The translations under genes were made by a program, and so were the position numbers. Below are positions 11,401 to 22,680 of a stretch of 64,000 bases of DNA, piece by piece. The notes beneath the pieces are model-generated. The model saw nothing but the letters and a program-made list of their open reading frames with translations, did no database searches and was not told the DNA's origin. Origin of the DNA: Octopus sinensis (taxonomy: Eukaryota); NCBI RefSeq assembly GCF_006345805.1, contig NC_042998.1, positions 157,232,001 to 157,296,000 of the forward strand, given 5' to 3'. Position 1 is the first letter of the stretch, and each line of letters starts with the position of its first letter.

Positions 11401-11935
11401 GGCCTGGCAGTGCTATAGGAATGCTCTACCTGTTCGCGAGAAGTTATCGCGGCACGGAATTCCAGTGCCACCGACGTGTCCAAGGTGCGAGTTGGACGAT
11501 GAAACCGTCCAGCACGCTTTTGTACACTGTCGGAAGTTGTCAGACTTGATATGTTACGCAGAACACGTGTTATCGCATCTGGGACGAGTACAGCTGTCTG
11601 CTGAGTCTATGATTAAGATGATACCGCCAACTGGACTCTCGAAGGAAGGTGAGGCATGTTTTCACTGCACGGTTGCAGTAGTAAAAGAATGCATGTGGAG
11701 AACAAGAATGGAAGGAGTCGCGATAGGATCCTTTGTCTCGGGCCCCGGCTTGCTCACTTACTTCAGATATCATCTGAAGAGCAAAATGGGGCTGGAAAAG
11801 AGGAACTTACCACGGGGTGTGTATGAGAAAAGATGGAAGGAAGTGGAAAAAAGGTGGGTGTCAGAAACCCAGCTTAACTATGGAGGGAGGAGAGGAAACA
11901 AAAGCTGCGGGGCCTTAAAAATTGCCGGGGTTTGA
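8489..11935 (+). CDS. ORF2 polyprotein: APE endonuclease, reverse transcriptase, zf-RVT
   Basis: Uninterrupted frame; ATG 8489 (MAKLGC) is equivalent to copy-2 ATG 3158; catalytic motifs present. One A is missing in the run at ~11847-11852 relative to copies 1 and 2, which changes only the extreme C-terminus. Confidence 0.93.
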   Translation: MAKLGCVNVRGMGSKWKQICFLNDLTTHGVDIAIATESKMNGAQALSPLLNGFEKFISPSRGRGRGVAVLIMKSLDLQVSTVFLDPEGRLVVLDVTHVSKQSFRLVAVYAPNESRQTGFFRNLEPFLATSKTVILVGDFNTVLEARVDSVGSTNRKGNPSLKGLLESFDLVDRYRLDEPSVPQWTWSNNDGSRRSYLDRIFIKKRDKDTFSCPQFHIVPYTDHKFVTCGMQLDKCHRQGPGYWKLNKAILNCEDFRTRIKVLVQRALCGTIINNRWWHSLKRAIRSESIRFSNQLRLDRSRIEDDLVKNLNEAMEAGSASGVLAARTVLYRHLNSKHEGCRVRAKLRAGKREGINVAGWARRVESQRGNKASIKSLTDEQGQKIYGQEEMQKFLHQHFAHVFGGGVAPERGRTLKDFLAGGPRLSGREVECCEEAITPAEIEGILAGCAGEKSPGLDGLPYEFYQSMPDLFGGILAGVYTNWQQNGRIPSSVSRGVVTLIQKDPSKGDNISNYRPITLLNVELKILAKVLAKRLTVVVEKLVGRAQTCAIPGRSIQDNLHLIRYTLDRVGKLTGKGGVMVHLDQSKAFDRVDHEYLATVLEAAGLGPEFRGWISAMYSGIKSTVQINGYLTEPFSIECSVRQGCPLSPLLYVLALEPLMRKLERLGSNSDEIGGGRTVTAYADDVTLIVSNEAQLPCVEEAIRGYEAVAGAKVNKDKSVGLRLGTWRSKSISSSVVGHWTDGPVKLLGVWFGPDSQTERNWSEVTSKVEAIVRTWSGRFLSLKGRAEVVQMFIASVITYRLTVVPCPGSWLNKLERILFRFLWKGGKPLVRRSVCCQEPLKGGLGMPWLMMRRHALRLKHLWHHLEGDKVWSPLAGKFFPRLASLADFKPGRIKRWKLTLWQRECRQALTLIHKAGKAGCGNTTSVFYRRLVEAKNDDVLGGALGFDEDQLTNLFKKTFRTGYLDNFQRSLAWQCYRNALPVREKLSRHGIPVPPTCPRCELDDETVQHAFVHCRKLSDLICYAEHVLSHLGRVQLSAESMIKMIPPTGLSKEGEACFHCTVAVVKECMWRTRMEGVAIGSFVSGPGLLTYFRYHLKSKMGLEKRNLPRGVYEKRWKEVEKRWVSETQLNYGGRRGNKSCGALKIAGV

Positions 11936-12748
11936 AACTTCGGTAAGATCGAAAGGTTATGAACTGTGATAAGATTCTATTGGTCACGTAAAGGACAATT
12001 TATAGACGAATTTTTTAATCCAAATGTTATGGAAAATTTTTAAATCGAACCTCTTAATTATTTGTTTTGCATGTATGTTATGTATTTGTAATTCTATGTA
12101 AACGATTGTATAATCGTAATAAAGAAATTACTATTGAAAAGACTGCCTCCACGCGCTGCTACTACACTTTCGTCCTTGCCAGCAAAAGGCTTCTTCGTTC
12201 GTCCCCTTGTGTGGTTGATTTCCTGTATAGTATTCTTGTTATTTTCTCGTTTTGTAACTAATTGTACTTTTTGTACATGTATTTTTATTTTTGCAGTTTT
12301 ATCGTTTGTCTATGCCAGAAAAAAGGCTTTTTCGTTCGTCCTCTTGTGTTTGTTTTTGTACATGTATTTTAATTTTGCAGTCTTATTGTTACGTCTTGTT
12401 TGTGTTCGTACTCATTTTGCCCCGCTGCTTGAAATTTTATTTTAATTCTCTCGCAGGAAGGCCTATTGGATTAGTGTTCTGTTATGCTTCGAAACATGCC
12501 TGACTCCTCTAGCGACAGCTGATGACGGGGGTTTTGTCCTTGTGTAGCTCGTCCTGTATTTGTTTTTCGTTTTCTTGTTCTTCGTTTTCCGTTTTCTTGT
12601 TTTTTGTTTTTTGTTTTTTTCCGTTTCTACGTCTTATTGTGATGTCCTGTACTCCCGTATAATTATTTGTATATGCATGTATATATACATGTAGATGTAG
12701 GTACGTACATATATGTTTGTATGTATGCATATATTTTTATTTATCTCC

Positions 12749-12783
<35 letters not shown>

Positions 12784-13636
12784 TAGGGTGTTCGGGCTAA
12801 TTTGACAGTTTTCGTAAAAGGAAAACAAAATACAAATCTCATCCAAAATAAAATTATAAATAAAAGTGTATCAACTAGATTATGGCTGGGCAGTAAGAGT
12901 TTACTTCCATCACGGCCTCAAGACGACTCCAGCACCTGGCGCATGCGTTCCTGGGAAAACCTTTAAACACCAACTTTATCTAGGCCATCAGCTCGGCATT
13001 GATGTTGAAGGCAAGGCGGTTGGTGTCAATCTCAACCACAACCGTACATAGTAATCTATAGGATCACAATCGGGTGAATTTGGTGGCCAGAAACTGGGGC
13101 TGGTGAAGTCATAGAAATTCTCCGCTAACCACATCTGGCTCTTTCTAGAGGTAAGGCAAGGATCCAAATCCTGCTGCCACAGGTATGGTCTTCCAACAGC
13201 AACCCTCTCCAGTCAGAGATTAACCAGTCTCCAGCATCTTCACATAGTCGTCTGAATTGAGCCTAATTTCCTGTTCATCAGTTGTTGGTTGAACTCCGAC
13301 GTGCGAACCCATTCAGAACGCTTACTTTGTCCCATCGTGATGACCATGGTTCGTAGACTCCGTCGCAGTTGTCCATGTTACGCCTTTACAGTGTTCACAG
13401 AGCAATGAGCAATAGTCATATCGGCATTTTGATACTCGGCGCGAATCATTATGATACAGGTAACTATTTTTCAATATTCAGATGACTTCTAGTCTTTCCT
13501 GTCAGTTAACTTTTTCTCAGTTATAACTTTAATGCTTATGCTCTCCAACGCCGTTGACTGTTCATCAATACACTAAGCTTTTCTTGAAAAAAAAGTGGGT
13601 GTATAAAATATCGTCAAATCCAGCTTCAGTACTATG
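12784..13636 (-). mobile_element. Decayed Tc1/mariner-superfamily DD37D-type element (internally deleted)
   Basis: Left TIR (T)AGGGTGTTCGGGCTAATTTGACAG next to a (TA)n tract; minus-strand translation WQQDLDPCLTSRKSQMWLAENFYDFTSPSFWPPNSPDCDPIDYYV has 37 residues between the two Asp. Confidence 0.75.
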
Positions 13637-14334
13637 TAGTGTGTGGCAATTCAATTAGTATCTGGAAATGGTACTAATGTCTTTATTGTTGTAAGAAGTT
13701 AGGAGTCCAACAAAACTACAAAAAAGCGTTACTCTTTCACGTTATGAGTAATACACACATATACACAAAGGTTTCTACATTTTGATAAAATTTATTCTAA
13801 TACAAAACACTTATTTAAAAAGAAACTACACTAATAATTCTAATATTTGTTATGAATCCATCAAATTTTGATTCGAGCAACTGTTACTTCGATCAATTCT
13901 CTTTTTGTGTCTATTATTTTCCATAAATTGAATTTCAAACAAATATGTTAGACTAACTGCTTGTATGCTGCATTTAGCAAATTTATAATTTTGAAATAGC
14001 GATAATGTCCTCTTCGTCAGCCTCTTTCTTCAGGACTGCTGTCAACATTCATTAAACTTCTGTCACGATAGCTTGCCTGCTTAATTTATTGATTTTTTTT
14101 CTTGCTGTTGAACGGCTTTTCCTGCAAAATATTTCGATCACTAAAAATTTTCAAGTTAATAGAAAAAGTAGAAAACTATAAAATTTATTCATAAATTTGT
14201 TGAATTTTCAGGACCAGGATTTGTTTTAACGTCTGTAGAAAACTTGTTAAAATTCATAAATATGTTAACAATTCCAGGTGTCACGTTAAAAAAGATGTTG
14301 CAAACATGACTCACTCACATATAAACGTGCCCGG

Positions 14335-14398
<64 letters not shown>

Positions 14399-15177
14399 GT
14401 ATATTTGTAAGTGTGTTTTCTTTGCTAGGTAGCAAGGTTGTGATGGAAATCACCTTGTTTAACCACTATCCTTTAAATCTTGCGGAGGTTTGAGGGTTTT
14501 TATCATTCCAGATATCGTGTTCATTTGTAGCGCATGTAGTAAGATGTATTCCCCCAAAGAAACCAAGTTCATACATATTTGCTCCAGGCGGGTCGATAAG
14601 TATCTTGTTAATCCAATAATAATAATAAAAAAACTGAAAGTGTATCTGGGAGCCAGGATCTGCAAATTTCTTATCAATAGGTCATATACGTTCTCTTTCC
14701 CCTGTATGTATGTATATATGTATGAGAGATGTTCGTAAGAGTCTTGATGTGAATTTTGACTGAGTATGTTCCTGTACAGCTCAATTTAACATGTGACGAG
14801 TGTGGACATGTCGCGCGCGCGCACACACAGACACGCACAAAGGGAAGTTGTTACACATGCCAGTGGCATCTTAACTAAACAACAAATAAATACAAGTACA
14901 TTAAATACCACAGAACATAAATCCTTGATTTATTAAAATCATCTTTGTCTCTAGATGTTTTGTCATAAATATCAAATGGTACTTGTGACCATTTCTATAT
15001 CAGAAATAGAGATAATTTCAAGAATTTCTCCAAAGCTGACATGCCATTAAAGAAAAGGACCGGTTTATTGTTTGAAAACATTCGAAGACATGCGTAGCCT
15101 GTCCTTTTCCTTAATGGCATAGTAGTTTTGGAGAAATTCTTGAATTTTGAGAATTAGACAGGCAGACATACCGGCAG

Positions 15178-15255
<78 letters not shown>

Positions 15256-16176
15256 AATACCATTTCAACTGCTGACACTCCTGTAACTGTGCAGTTTAAT
15301 TGTCGTTATTATACAGCTAGGATCGTAAAAATTACTGAAAGACATCGGCAAGAACACCTCCTGTCGCTGTTTTCTTTACTTTCTAAATGCAGAAGTACGC
15401 TGGACTCGCACTTAAATTTAGAGGGACGATCTTCTTCTATAGCCAGAGAGTGGATGCCATTTGCAGCCGATAACAGTTGTAGAAATGTTCTTTCTATTAT
15501 GTCTGTGCTTTGCCATTTTTCTTTTCTTTTTGCTGTTTTAAAATGTATTATTCCAAGTTTGTTACTTCCTATTATTTTTCTTTCGGTTGGATATTATTCT
15601 GATATTCCTTTTTTCTATGATTTTTCTCCGCACACACTTGCATGCATTTTAGAAAAAATAAAATAAAAACCTCACTGAGAAACATAGTACAAATTATCTT
15701 ACACGATACGTTAACAAGAGTCTGTGGAAGCAGCCTTTCCACACATGCATTCAAGTATACAATAACATATATACCTCATATATCACATGTCTTCAAATAT
15801 CACTAGACATTTTCAACTCTGTTTTAACATCAAGCTTGAATTTCTGACACCACTTCCATCGGATGATGCTCCAAGCTTACAGATATGACTGTACTGTTTT
15901 ACTTTCAATGGGATCTTGGTCATATCACATTTCAGCAGAAAAATATCGCAGCGTATGCTATTCAACTTGCTACATTGTTTATCTCTATCGGACTGCTAAC
16001 ACAGGCCGCTCTTTTTTGCACGGCACCTACTTATTAAACATTCATAACCACTTTCCCGTTGATATTCACTTGGATACTTACATACTTGTTTACATAACTT
16101 GGCAATTATACCAACTCAAAAGTATATATACACACATTCACATAAGAGTTATTTCATTTACGCTTGCTATAGTATA

Positions 16177-17446
16177 CGAGGGGTGTTCAATAAGTAATGC
16201 CCCTGACCCACTTCCCATAGCAGTAGAGCAACGACACTTGGCACAGTTATTAGTCGTTTCCTACATAGGAACTACCCAGAGTTATGCATTTCTCCCATCG
16301 TTTGAAACAGCTCTGGAGACCGTTTTTGTAGAAGACCCCAGCTTGGTCCTCCAACCACGACGTGACTTCAGAAATGAAGGCTGCATCATCTGGGAAACGC
16401 TTTCCTTTCAAAATCAACTTCATGGCTGGGAAGAGGTGAAAATCAGAGGGTGCAAGGGGAGGAGTTCATAGCTGCACGCCTGTGCTTCTGATCTGGCGAC
16501 ACGCGAGTTGTGGACCGGAGCGTTGTCCTGCAGGAGGAGGATGCCTTTGCTGATCTTGCCCCGCCTCTTGATTTTGATAGCTTCTCTTAATTTCCTCAAA
16601 AGTGAAGCATAATAGGCTCCTGTAATTGTGGTACCCTTTGCCAGGAAATCTGTCATCACTACTCCGTCCTGGTCCCAGAAGACTGTGAGCATAACCTTGT
16701 CAGCGGAGGGCTGCACCCTTGCCTTCTTTGGAGGAGGTGAGTCACGGTGCTTTCACTGCATTGACTGGGCTTTGGTCTGTGGATCATTGTGATGGACCCA
16801 GGTTTTATCCTGCGTGATCAGTCTTTTGAAAAGTTTTGACTCATCTTCTTGGCACATCTCCAAATTCATCCTCGAGCACTCAACGTGTTCTTGCTTCTGG
16901 AAAGGTGTGAGCAACCTGGAAATCCATCTGGCAGACACCTTTTGCATATGCAAATGGTCATGAATGATAGTTTCCACAGACCCGTTACTAATCTTGACCT
17001 TATGGGCTATTTGGCGAATAGTTATGTGTTGACCTTCCAAAATGGCAGCCTCAACTTGACGGACAGACGTCTCATCAACGGCAGAAGGGGGCGACCAGAT
17101 CTGGTAGCTGTTTCCACAGAGTTCCGACTATGTTTGAATTGACAATTCCAGCGTTTTACAAGGTCATATGATGGGGCATCATCGCCATAAGTTACTTTCA
17201 TTTCATTAAATGTCTCCCGTGGTGTGCGTCCTTTCAAATACAAAAACCAGATCACTGCTCGACACTCAACAGGCTCCATTTCACACTTGACTCAGTTCAA
17301 ACACCTGTAAATCAGAAACCACAATTAGTTCAGAGCTGTAATTCACCACTTAATCTATAGAGATATTAATAATTGCACATGCAAAATTTCAGCTAGATCA
17401 AACAACTGCAAGTGGGTCAGGAGCATTACTTATTGAACGCCCCTCG
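16177..17446 (-). mobile_element. Mariner DNA transposon (DD34D type, irritans-like), full length, defective transposase
   Basis: 37-bp TIRs CGAGGGG(T/C)GTTCAATAAGTAATGC(C/T)CCTGACCCACTT with 2 mismatches; TA on both sides. Confidence 0.93.
16300..17279 (-). pseudogene. Mariner transposase, frameshifted, with HPPYSPD deleted
   Basis: Split ORFs: MEPVECRAVI (HTH region), KVSARW, ITQDKTWV, KVMLTVFWD, LLQDNAPVH, then YELLP joined out of frame to LAPSDFHLF. The 3' boundary is approximate. Confidence 0.88.
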
Positions 17447-18368
17447 TAAATGAAATAACTCGTGAAGATCATTTATATGGCACACATTTTTGTGTACAAC
17501 AATATCCGGAATTTTCAGACCTATCTGATAACAAATGTGTGGCAGTCTGCTAACATTTGCTCATGTTAGTAATTTTGTATTTTCTTCCGTTTTTTGTTAT
17601 TTTTTCTTTTATATTGATTGGAAACGAATGCTGTATTCCCAGCAGTCTAGGGGCAGAGCTGATATTTTGACGCCATTTAGCTAACATTCCGATATTCATG
17701 TATCAAACCCAGTCGAAATACCGACTCTGTTCAGTACGTTAACGAATTACATAACTCAACTTGACAAACACCTTGTTTCTGTCCAATACTTGTCCTAGCA
17801 AAGTGTTCAGATATATCTTCAATGTACCTAATATAATGTACACAAAGGCAACGGCATTTCGCGACAAGTGAAAAGTTCGTTAAAAAGTATTTTGTGATTA
17901 GTTCACTTCTAACAGTCGAAAAGAAAAAAACATTAGCTGAGATAATTATCAAACCAAGACGCTCAGTTGAAGCTGCAAACTAGAGTGGTTAGTAAGCAAC
18001 AAGACAACTAGGTAATCGAGCCTTCATATAGATAATCTTGTTATGTCATCTGAGAAAGATATTCCTATTGACAAACACTCATTTTCTGAACACCTAAATC
18101 GTTTCATTTGTGCCGGCTATGTTATGTTACCCATTGTGACAAATCATTGGATATTGGGCCTGAAGCCGTCGGCGCCAGTCGAAATATTAACGGAAATAAA
18201 ACGTTATTGAAAACTACATTTCTGATAACATCTCATACATATCTTCTGTAAAATATATTTTTATATTTTTGAAATCCAGTTATTAATCAATACATAAATA
18301 CATACGTATATGAAGAGAATCGCACGCGTGCGCACACGCACAAACGTACGCACGCACGCACACACTCA

Positions 18369-18404
<36 letters not shown>

Positions 18405-18968
18405 ACACACACACACACACACAAATACAATCATGCATACATATATACATATACAAATACATGCATACACACATACACATATCTACATACAACATATACA
18501 TATATACATACGTATACATACATACACGCATATATGTTGAATAATCTTACACCCACTCCACCATAAAAAATATTACTATTTCAGTCAGATGTTTCTTCGA
18601 TTTTTCTATAATTTAGAACTTTCCATTTCAGTCGATACAATAATTTCTATTATGGTTTGCAATTATTTTCTTTTATTAAGAATTATAGTTCTTAGTTAAT
18701 GGTTCGTGAAAAAAGGAGCTAAAAAACAATTATATTGTAAAACAGTAATAGAAAGTTATCCTTTCTCGATAAAAGTATAACGTTATGTGGAACAAAAAGG
18801 CTTGATTTGAGGAAAAAGAAAAAGTTTAACATTTCGGATAATATTTTTCATACATCAATTTCCAGCCATGAGCTTCAATAAGTTGCTCAAATTCTACAGC
18901 TCTGTTGTGTTGTTATACAACTACTTTAAGTAGAGATTTAATCATGAATGCTGAAACTCACACGTGCC

Positions 18969-18970
18969 TG

Positions 18971-19059
<89 letters not shown>

Positions 19060-19087
19060 ATCTATCTATCTATCTATCTATCTATCT

Positions 19088-19154
<67 letters not shown>

Positions 19155-19155
19155 G
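18969..19155. repeat. (TCTA)n microsatellite
   Basis: Long, nearly perfect tetranucleotide run. Confidence 0.95.
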
Positions 19156-19871
19156 CCTGCCTGCCTTTCTGTCTGTCTGTATGTTTATATATACACACAT
19201 ACAATACATACATATATACGTACACACACATACATACATGCACACGCACATACATACATACATACATTATTTTATAAAGCTCATCCAAGGGTATCGGCTA
19301 TCAGATACTATCTTCCAACGAAAATAGATCGCGTCACTGAAAAATCGTAAATATAAGGAGAATGAAGAGAGCATTTTGATTTATACTTAGATCTGAAGAG
19401 TCGATATTTTCCAGTATTACTGGAATAATATTGATTCAATGTATTATTTAACATATTATATAATAATACTTCAGCAGTAAACTTCTGGTAAAGCGTCGAT
19501 GAAGTTTTATGAAATAAAACGCGTTGCTCACGCCATTATCCTTGCTATGTTTACACACACGCACGCACACACACATACATCCTTGCTATGTTTACACACA
19601 CGCACACACACACACATACATACAAACACACACATACACACAAACGCACTCACTCATTCACACACACACGCGTGCGCGCACACACACACAGACATGCAGA
19701 CACAAGCGCTTATATTATATAAGCATAAGTTCGTGGTTAAGATGTTCGCTTCTCAAGCACGTTTTGTGTTCAGCGCCTTAGGGAAGTATTTTCTACTACA
19801 GTTTCGGGGCGACCAATCTCTTTTGAGTAAATTTAGTGACAGAGACCCTGCAGGAGACTGTCGCACATATA

Positions 19872-20715
19872 CAATGTGTTCGGGCTAAATGTGATGATAT
19901 TTTGTCTCCTTTTTTTCGGGAACAGCTTGATGTATTGGTCAACGGCATTGCAGAGCAAAAACATTAAAGTTGTAGCTGACATGGAAGACTGAAAGTCATC
20001 TGAATATTTGAAAAGAGTTAACTGTATCATTATGATTCGCGTCGAGTATCAAAATGCCGAGATCAATGCTGCTGCTTAATACCCAGTAAACATTGTAAAG
20101 ACATGGACAGTTTTGAAGGAGACTATGCAGCTGTAGTCATCACGAAGGGACACTGCGCCCGCTCGCCGGAGTTTATTCCACATATTTGAATAGGATCTTA
20201 GACTCAATTCAGACTTCTATACGAAGCTGCTGAAGACTGTGGAGAGGGCTTCTGTTGGAAGACCTTATATGTGGCAGCAGGATTCGGATCCTTGCCATGC
20301 CTCTGGAAAGTGTCAGAAAGGTTTGTCAGATGATTTCTACAACTTTGCCAGCCCCAATTTCTGGCCTTCTAATTCCTCGAATTATAAACCCATGAATTAC
20401 TATGTGTGCGGCGCGGTTGAGAAAGACACCAATCACTCTGCCTTCAACATCAATGCTTAGTAGGCGGCCAAGTTTAACAAGGTGTTCGAAGATCTCGTGG
20501 ATTCAGTTAGGAACACACGCGCCAGGTTACGAAGCTGTCTTGAGGCTGTGGTGGAAGCTGAGAACGACTATTTTGAGTAAACTTATTTTCCAGCTACAAT
20601 CACGATGGTATGTTTTGATTTTATATATATAAAAAAAAAAACTTTTACGTTTGGATAGGGTAGTGTGTTTTGTTTTCTTTATATGCAAACTGTCAAATTT
20701 AACCCGAACATCTTG
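19872..20715 (+). mobile_element. Decayed DD37D-type Tc1/mariner element, same family as 12784-13636
   Basis: TIRs CAATGTGTTCGGGCTAAAT... and ...AATTTAACCCGAACATCTTG, flanked by TA; translation WQQDSDPCH...FWPSNSSNYKPMNYYV. Confidence 0.78.
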
Positions 20716-21662
20716 TATATACGTGTATGTATGCACTTATGTGTGTTTGTGCATTTGTGTGCTTATGTATGTTATAAGTTTGTATAAAATTGTATCTGCA
20801 TATTTTTGTATTTGACAACTGGTGTGTATTTGTAAAAGTCCATACAACTTAGCACTTTGTTAAATAGAAAGGATAGAATAACTACTAGGGGTGAAAATAC
20901 GTGCTGCAGTCGATTTCATCGAGTAAATCTCTCAAGGTGGTTTTCCTGGCGAGACCAAAGTCTAATGGCAGAAACGGATAAAAGAGTAAAAGAATGCATG
21001 TGTTTGTGTGCTTATTTCTGTATGTGCGTGAGTGCTTGTGTGGGTTTGTGTATATAGGAATGTTAGAGACAAACATGCTATAAGATGATTCTTCATTCAC
21101 CTGACTGTTTTCAACTTAATCGAAATTCTATTTCATTGTTTACTTGACACAAAGTTACCACAATGCCAAGTCGTAGAAGTTAACCTAACCTGATCCCTTT
21201 TCGACTTCTCTCTTTTAATTTAATTCCAATTGTTGGTTTTCTCATTCGTACATTTTGCAAAGATTTAATCATTTATCGATTTTTTCCGATAACTGTTCCA
21301 TGTGATTGTTTTTGATTTCTTCATTTTATTTTTTCTACTGCCAAGAGCCAACACAGTTTCTCTGACAATCATTAAAAATACTCGACATATCACGGAAGTC
21401 TGCTAAGTTATCAAGTTCCAACTGAAAAGTAAGTAAAACACCATTTCTTTTAACACAAATGCTTTTTTGTGCCATCTTGATTCTTTCTTTTTGATATAAA
21501 ATGTTTAATATATCACAAATAAAAATACGGATGCGCACAGTTACCCACCTACCTACCAACAAACATGCATGCATACATACATACACATATTCATATATAT
21601 ATACATGACACGTAAACTCACACAGGCATACATACATCTATAATGCAACGACCTTAATATTT

Positions 21663-21698
<36 letters not shown>

Positions 21699-21700
<2 letters not shown>

Positions 21701-21860
21701 CGCAGGAGTGGCTGTGTGGTAAGTAGCTTGTCTATCAACCACATGGTTCCGGGTTCAGTCCCACTGCGTGGCACCTTGGGCAAGTGTCTTCTACTATAGC
21801 CTCGGGCTGACCAAAGCCTTGTGAGTGGATTTGGTAGACGGAAACTGAAAGAAGCCCGTC

Positions 21861-21895
<35 letters not shown>

Positions 21896-22114
21896 TGTGT
21901 GTGTTTGTGTGTCTGTGTTTGTCCCCTAGCATTGCTTGACAACCGATGCTGGTGTGTTTATGTCCCCGTTACTTAGCGGTTCGGCAAAAAGAGACCGATA
22001 GAATAAGTACTGGGCTTACGAAGAATAAGTCCCGGGGTCGAGTTCCTCGATTAAAGGCGGTGCTCCAGCATGGCCGCAGTCAAATGACTGAAACAAGTAA
22101 AAGAGTAAAAGAGT
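21699..22114 (+). mobile_element. tRNA-derived SINE, family 1 (octopus-type) with internal TA/TG microsatellite
   Basis: Head with A box TGGCTGTGTGGT and B-box-like GGTTCAGTCCC; tail ...CAAATGACTGAAACAAGTAAAAGAGT; several near-identical copies in the window. Confidence 0.88.
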
Positions 22115-22133
22115 ATATAAATATACATATATA

Positions 22134-22530
22134 TGATTATAGTAAATAAATTTTACTGATGTTTGTCAATTGAATCTCTTCTCCCTTTTCTTCCTTGCCT
22201 TATAAAAATTCTGGATAAACTTTTGTTTACCTACACTTGTACATATTATTCAATTGTATTATTGCCTTGCAACAGATAGTAAGTATTTGAATATAAATAG
22301 GAGTTAGAGGTTAGACAATCATCTAAGGGATAATATATATCCAGTATACTACTGGAGGGATACCTATTTATATTCAAAGACTTACTATCTGTTGCAAGGC
22401 AATAGTACCATTGAATAATATGTACAAGTGTAGGTAAACAAAAGTTTATCCAGAATTTTTATAAGGCAAGGAAGAAAAGGGAGAAGAGATTCAATTGACA
22501 AACATCAGTAAAATTTATTTACTATAATCA
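22134..22530. repeat. Long inverted repeat, 168-bp arms (22134-22301 and 22363-22530), 61-bp spacer
   Basis: Arms are reverse complements with about 3 mismatches. Confidence 0.93.
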
Positions 22531-22680
22531 CAGGAATAAATAAACAAATACATATGTCCACTCTTACAGCTGTTTCTACTTGGTGGGCTTATCTTTGACT
22601 TTCAAGCAAGTTTTTCTTTCGCAAGATATTTTGCAGTCGTTATATATACACGACTCCTATCATTTTTCGTCATTGATAAC

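Larger units (their letters stand above)
6818..12129 (+). mobile_element. Tx1/L1-clade retrotransposon, array copy 3 (full length, apparently intact)
   Basis: Both ORFs open; flanked by the 17-bp direct repeat ACTATTGAAAAGACTGC at 6801-6817 and 12130-12146. Confidence 0.95.

Noticed and set aside
220-11773. Recurrent antisense and alternative-frame ORFs in each Tx1 copy
   Set aside because: They recur only because the copies are similar; no independent coding signal.
1-12146. Telomeric retrotransposon array (HeT-A/TART-like), since the 5' ends point toward the window start
   Set aside because: Units are separated by a duplicated flank-derived sequence, which implies endonuclease-mediated insertion. 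No telomeric repeats are visible and a similar array occurs internally at 25.7-29 kb. Not fully excluded without the chromosome position.
1472-12146. CRISPR array or LTR structure suggested by the short direct repeats
   Set aside because: Eukaryotic DNA; the intervening units are 5.3-kb LINEs, with no cas genes and no long terminal repeats.
12455-12560. Hammerhead-like pieces (CGAAACATGCC; ACAG-CTGATGA...GTC-CTGT)
   Set aside because: No GAAA box in the required position after stem II, so a valid core cannot be folded.
18310-19888. ORFs made of HT/YI/LSIY/CV repeats here and throughout 32-51 kb
   Set aside because: These are translations of (CA)n, (TA)n, (TCTA)n and (CATA)n microsatellites.
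21699-21775. tRNA genes at SINE heads (also 39000-39075, 43745-43817, 50322-50395)
   Set aside because: A/B boxes are present, but each continues into a shared SINE body and lacks a clean cloverleaf and terminator.
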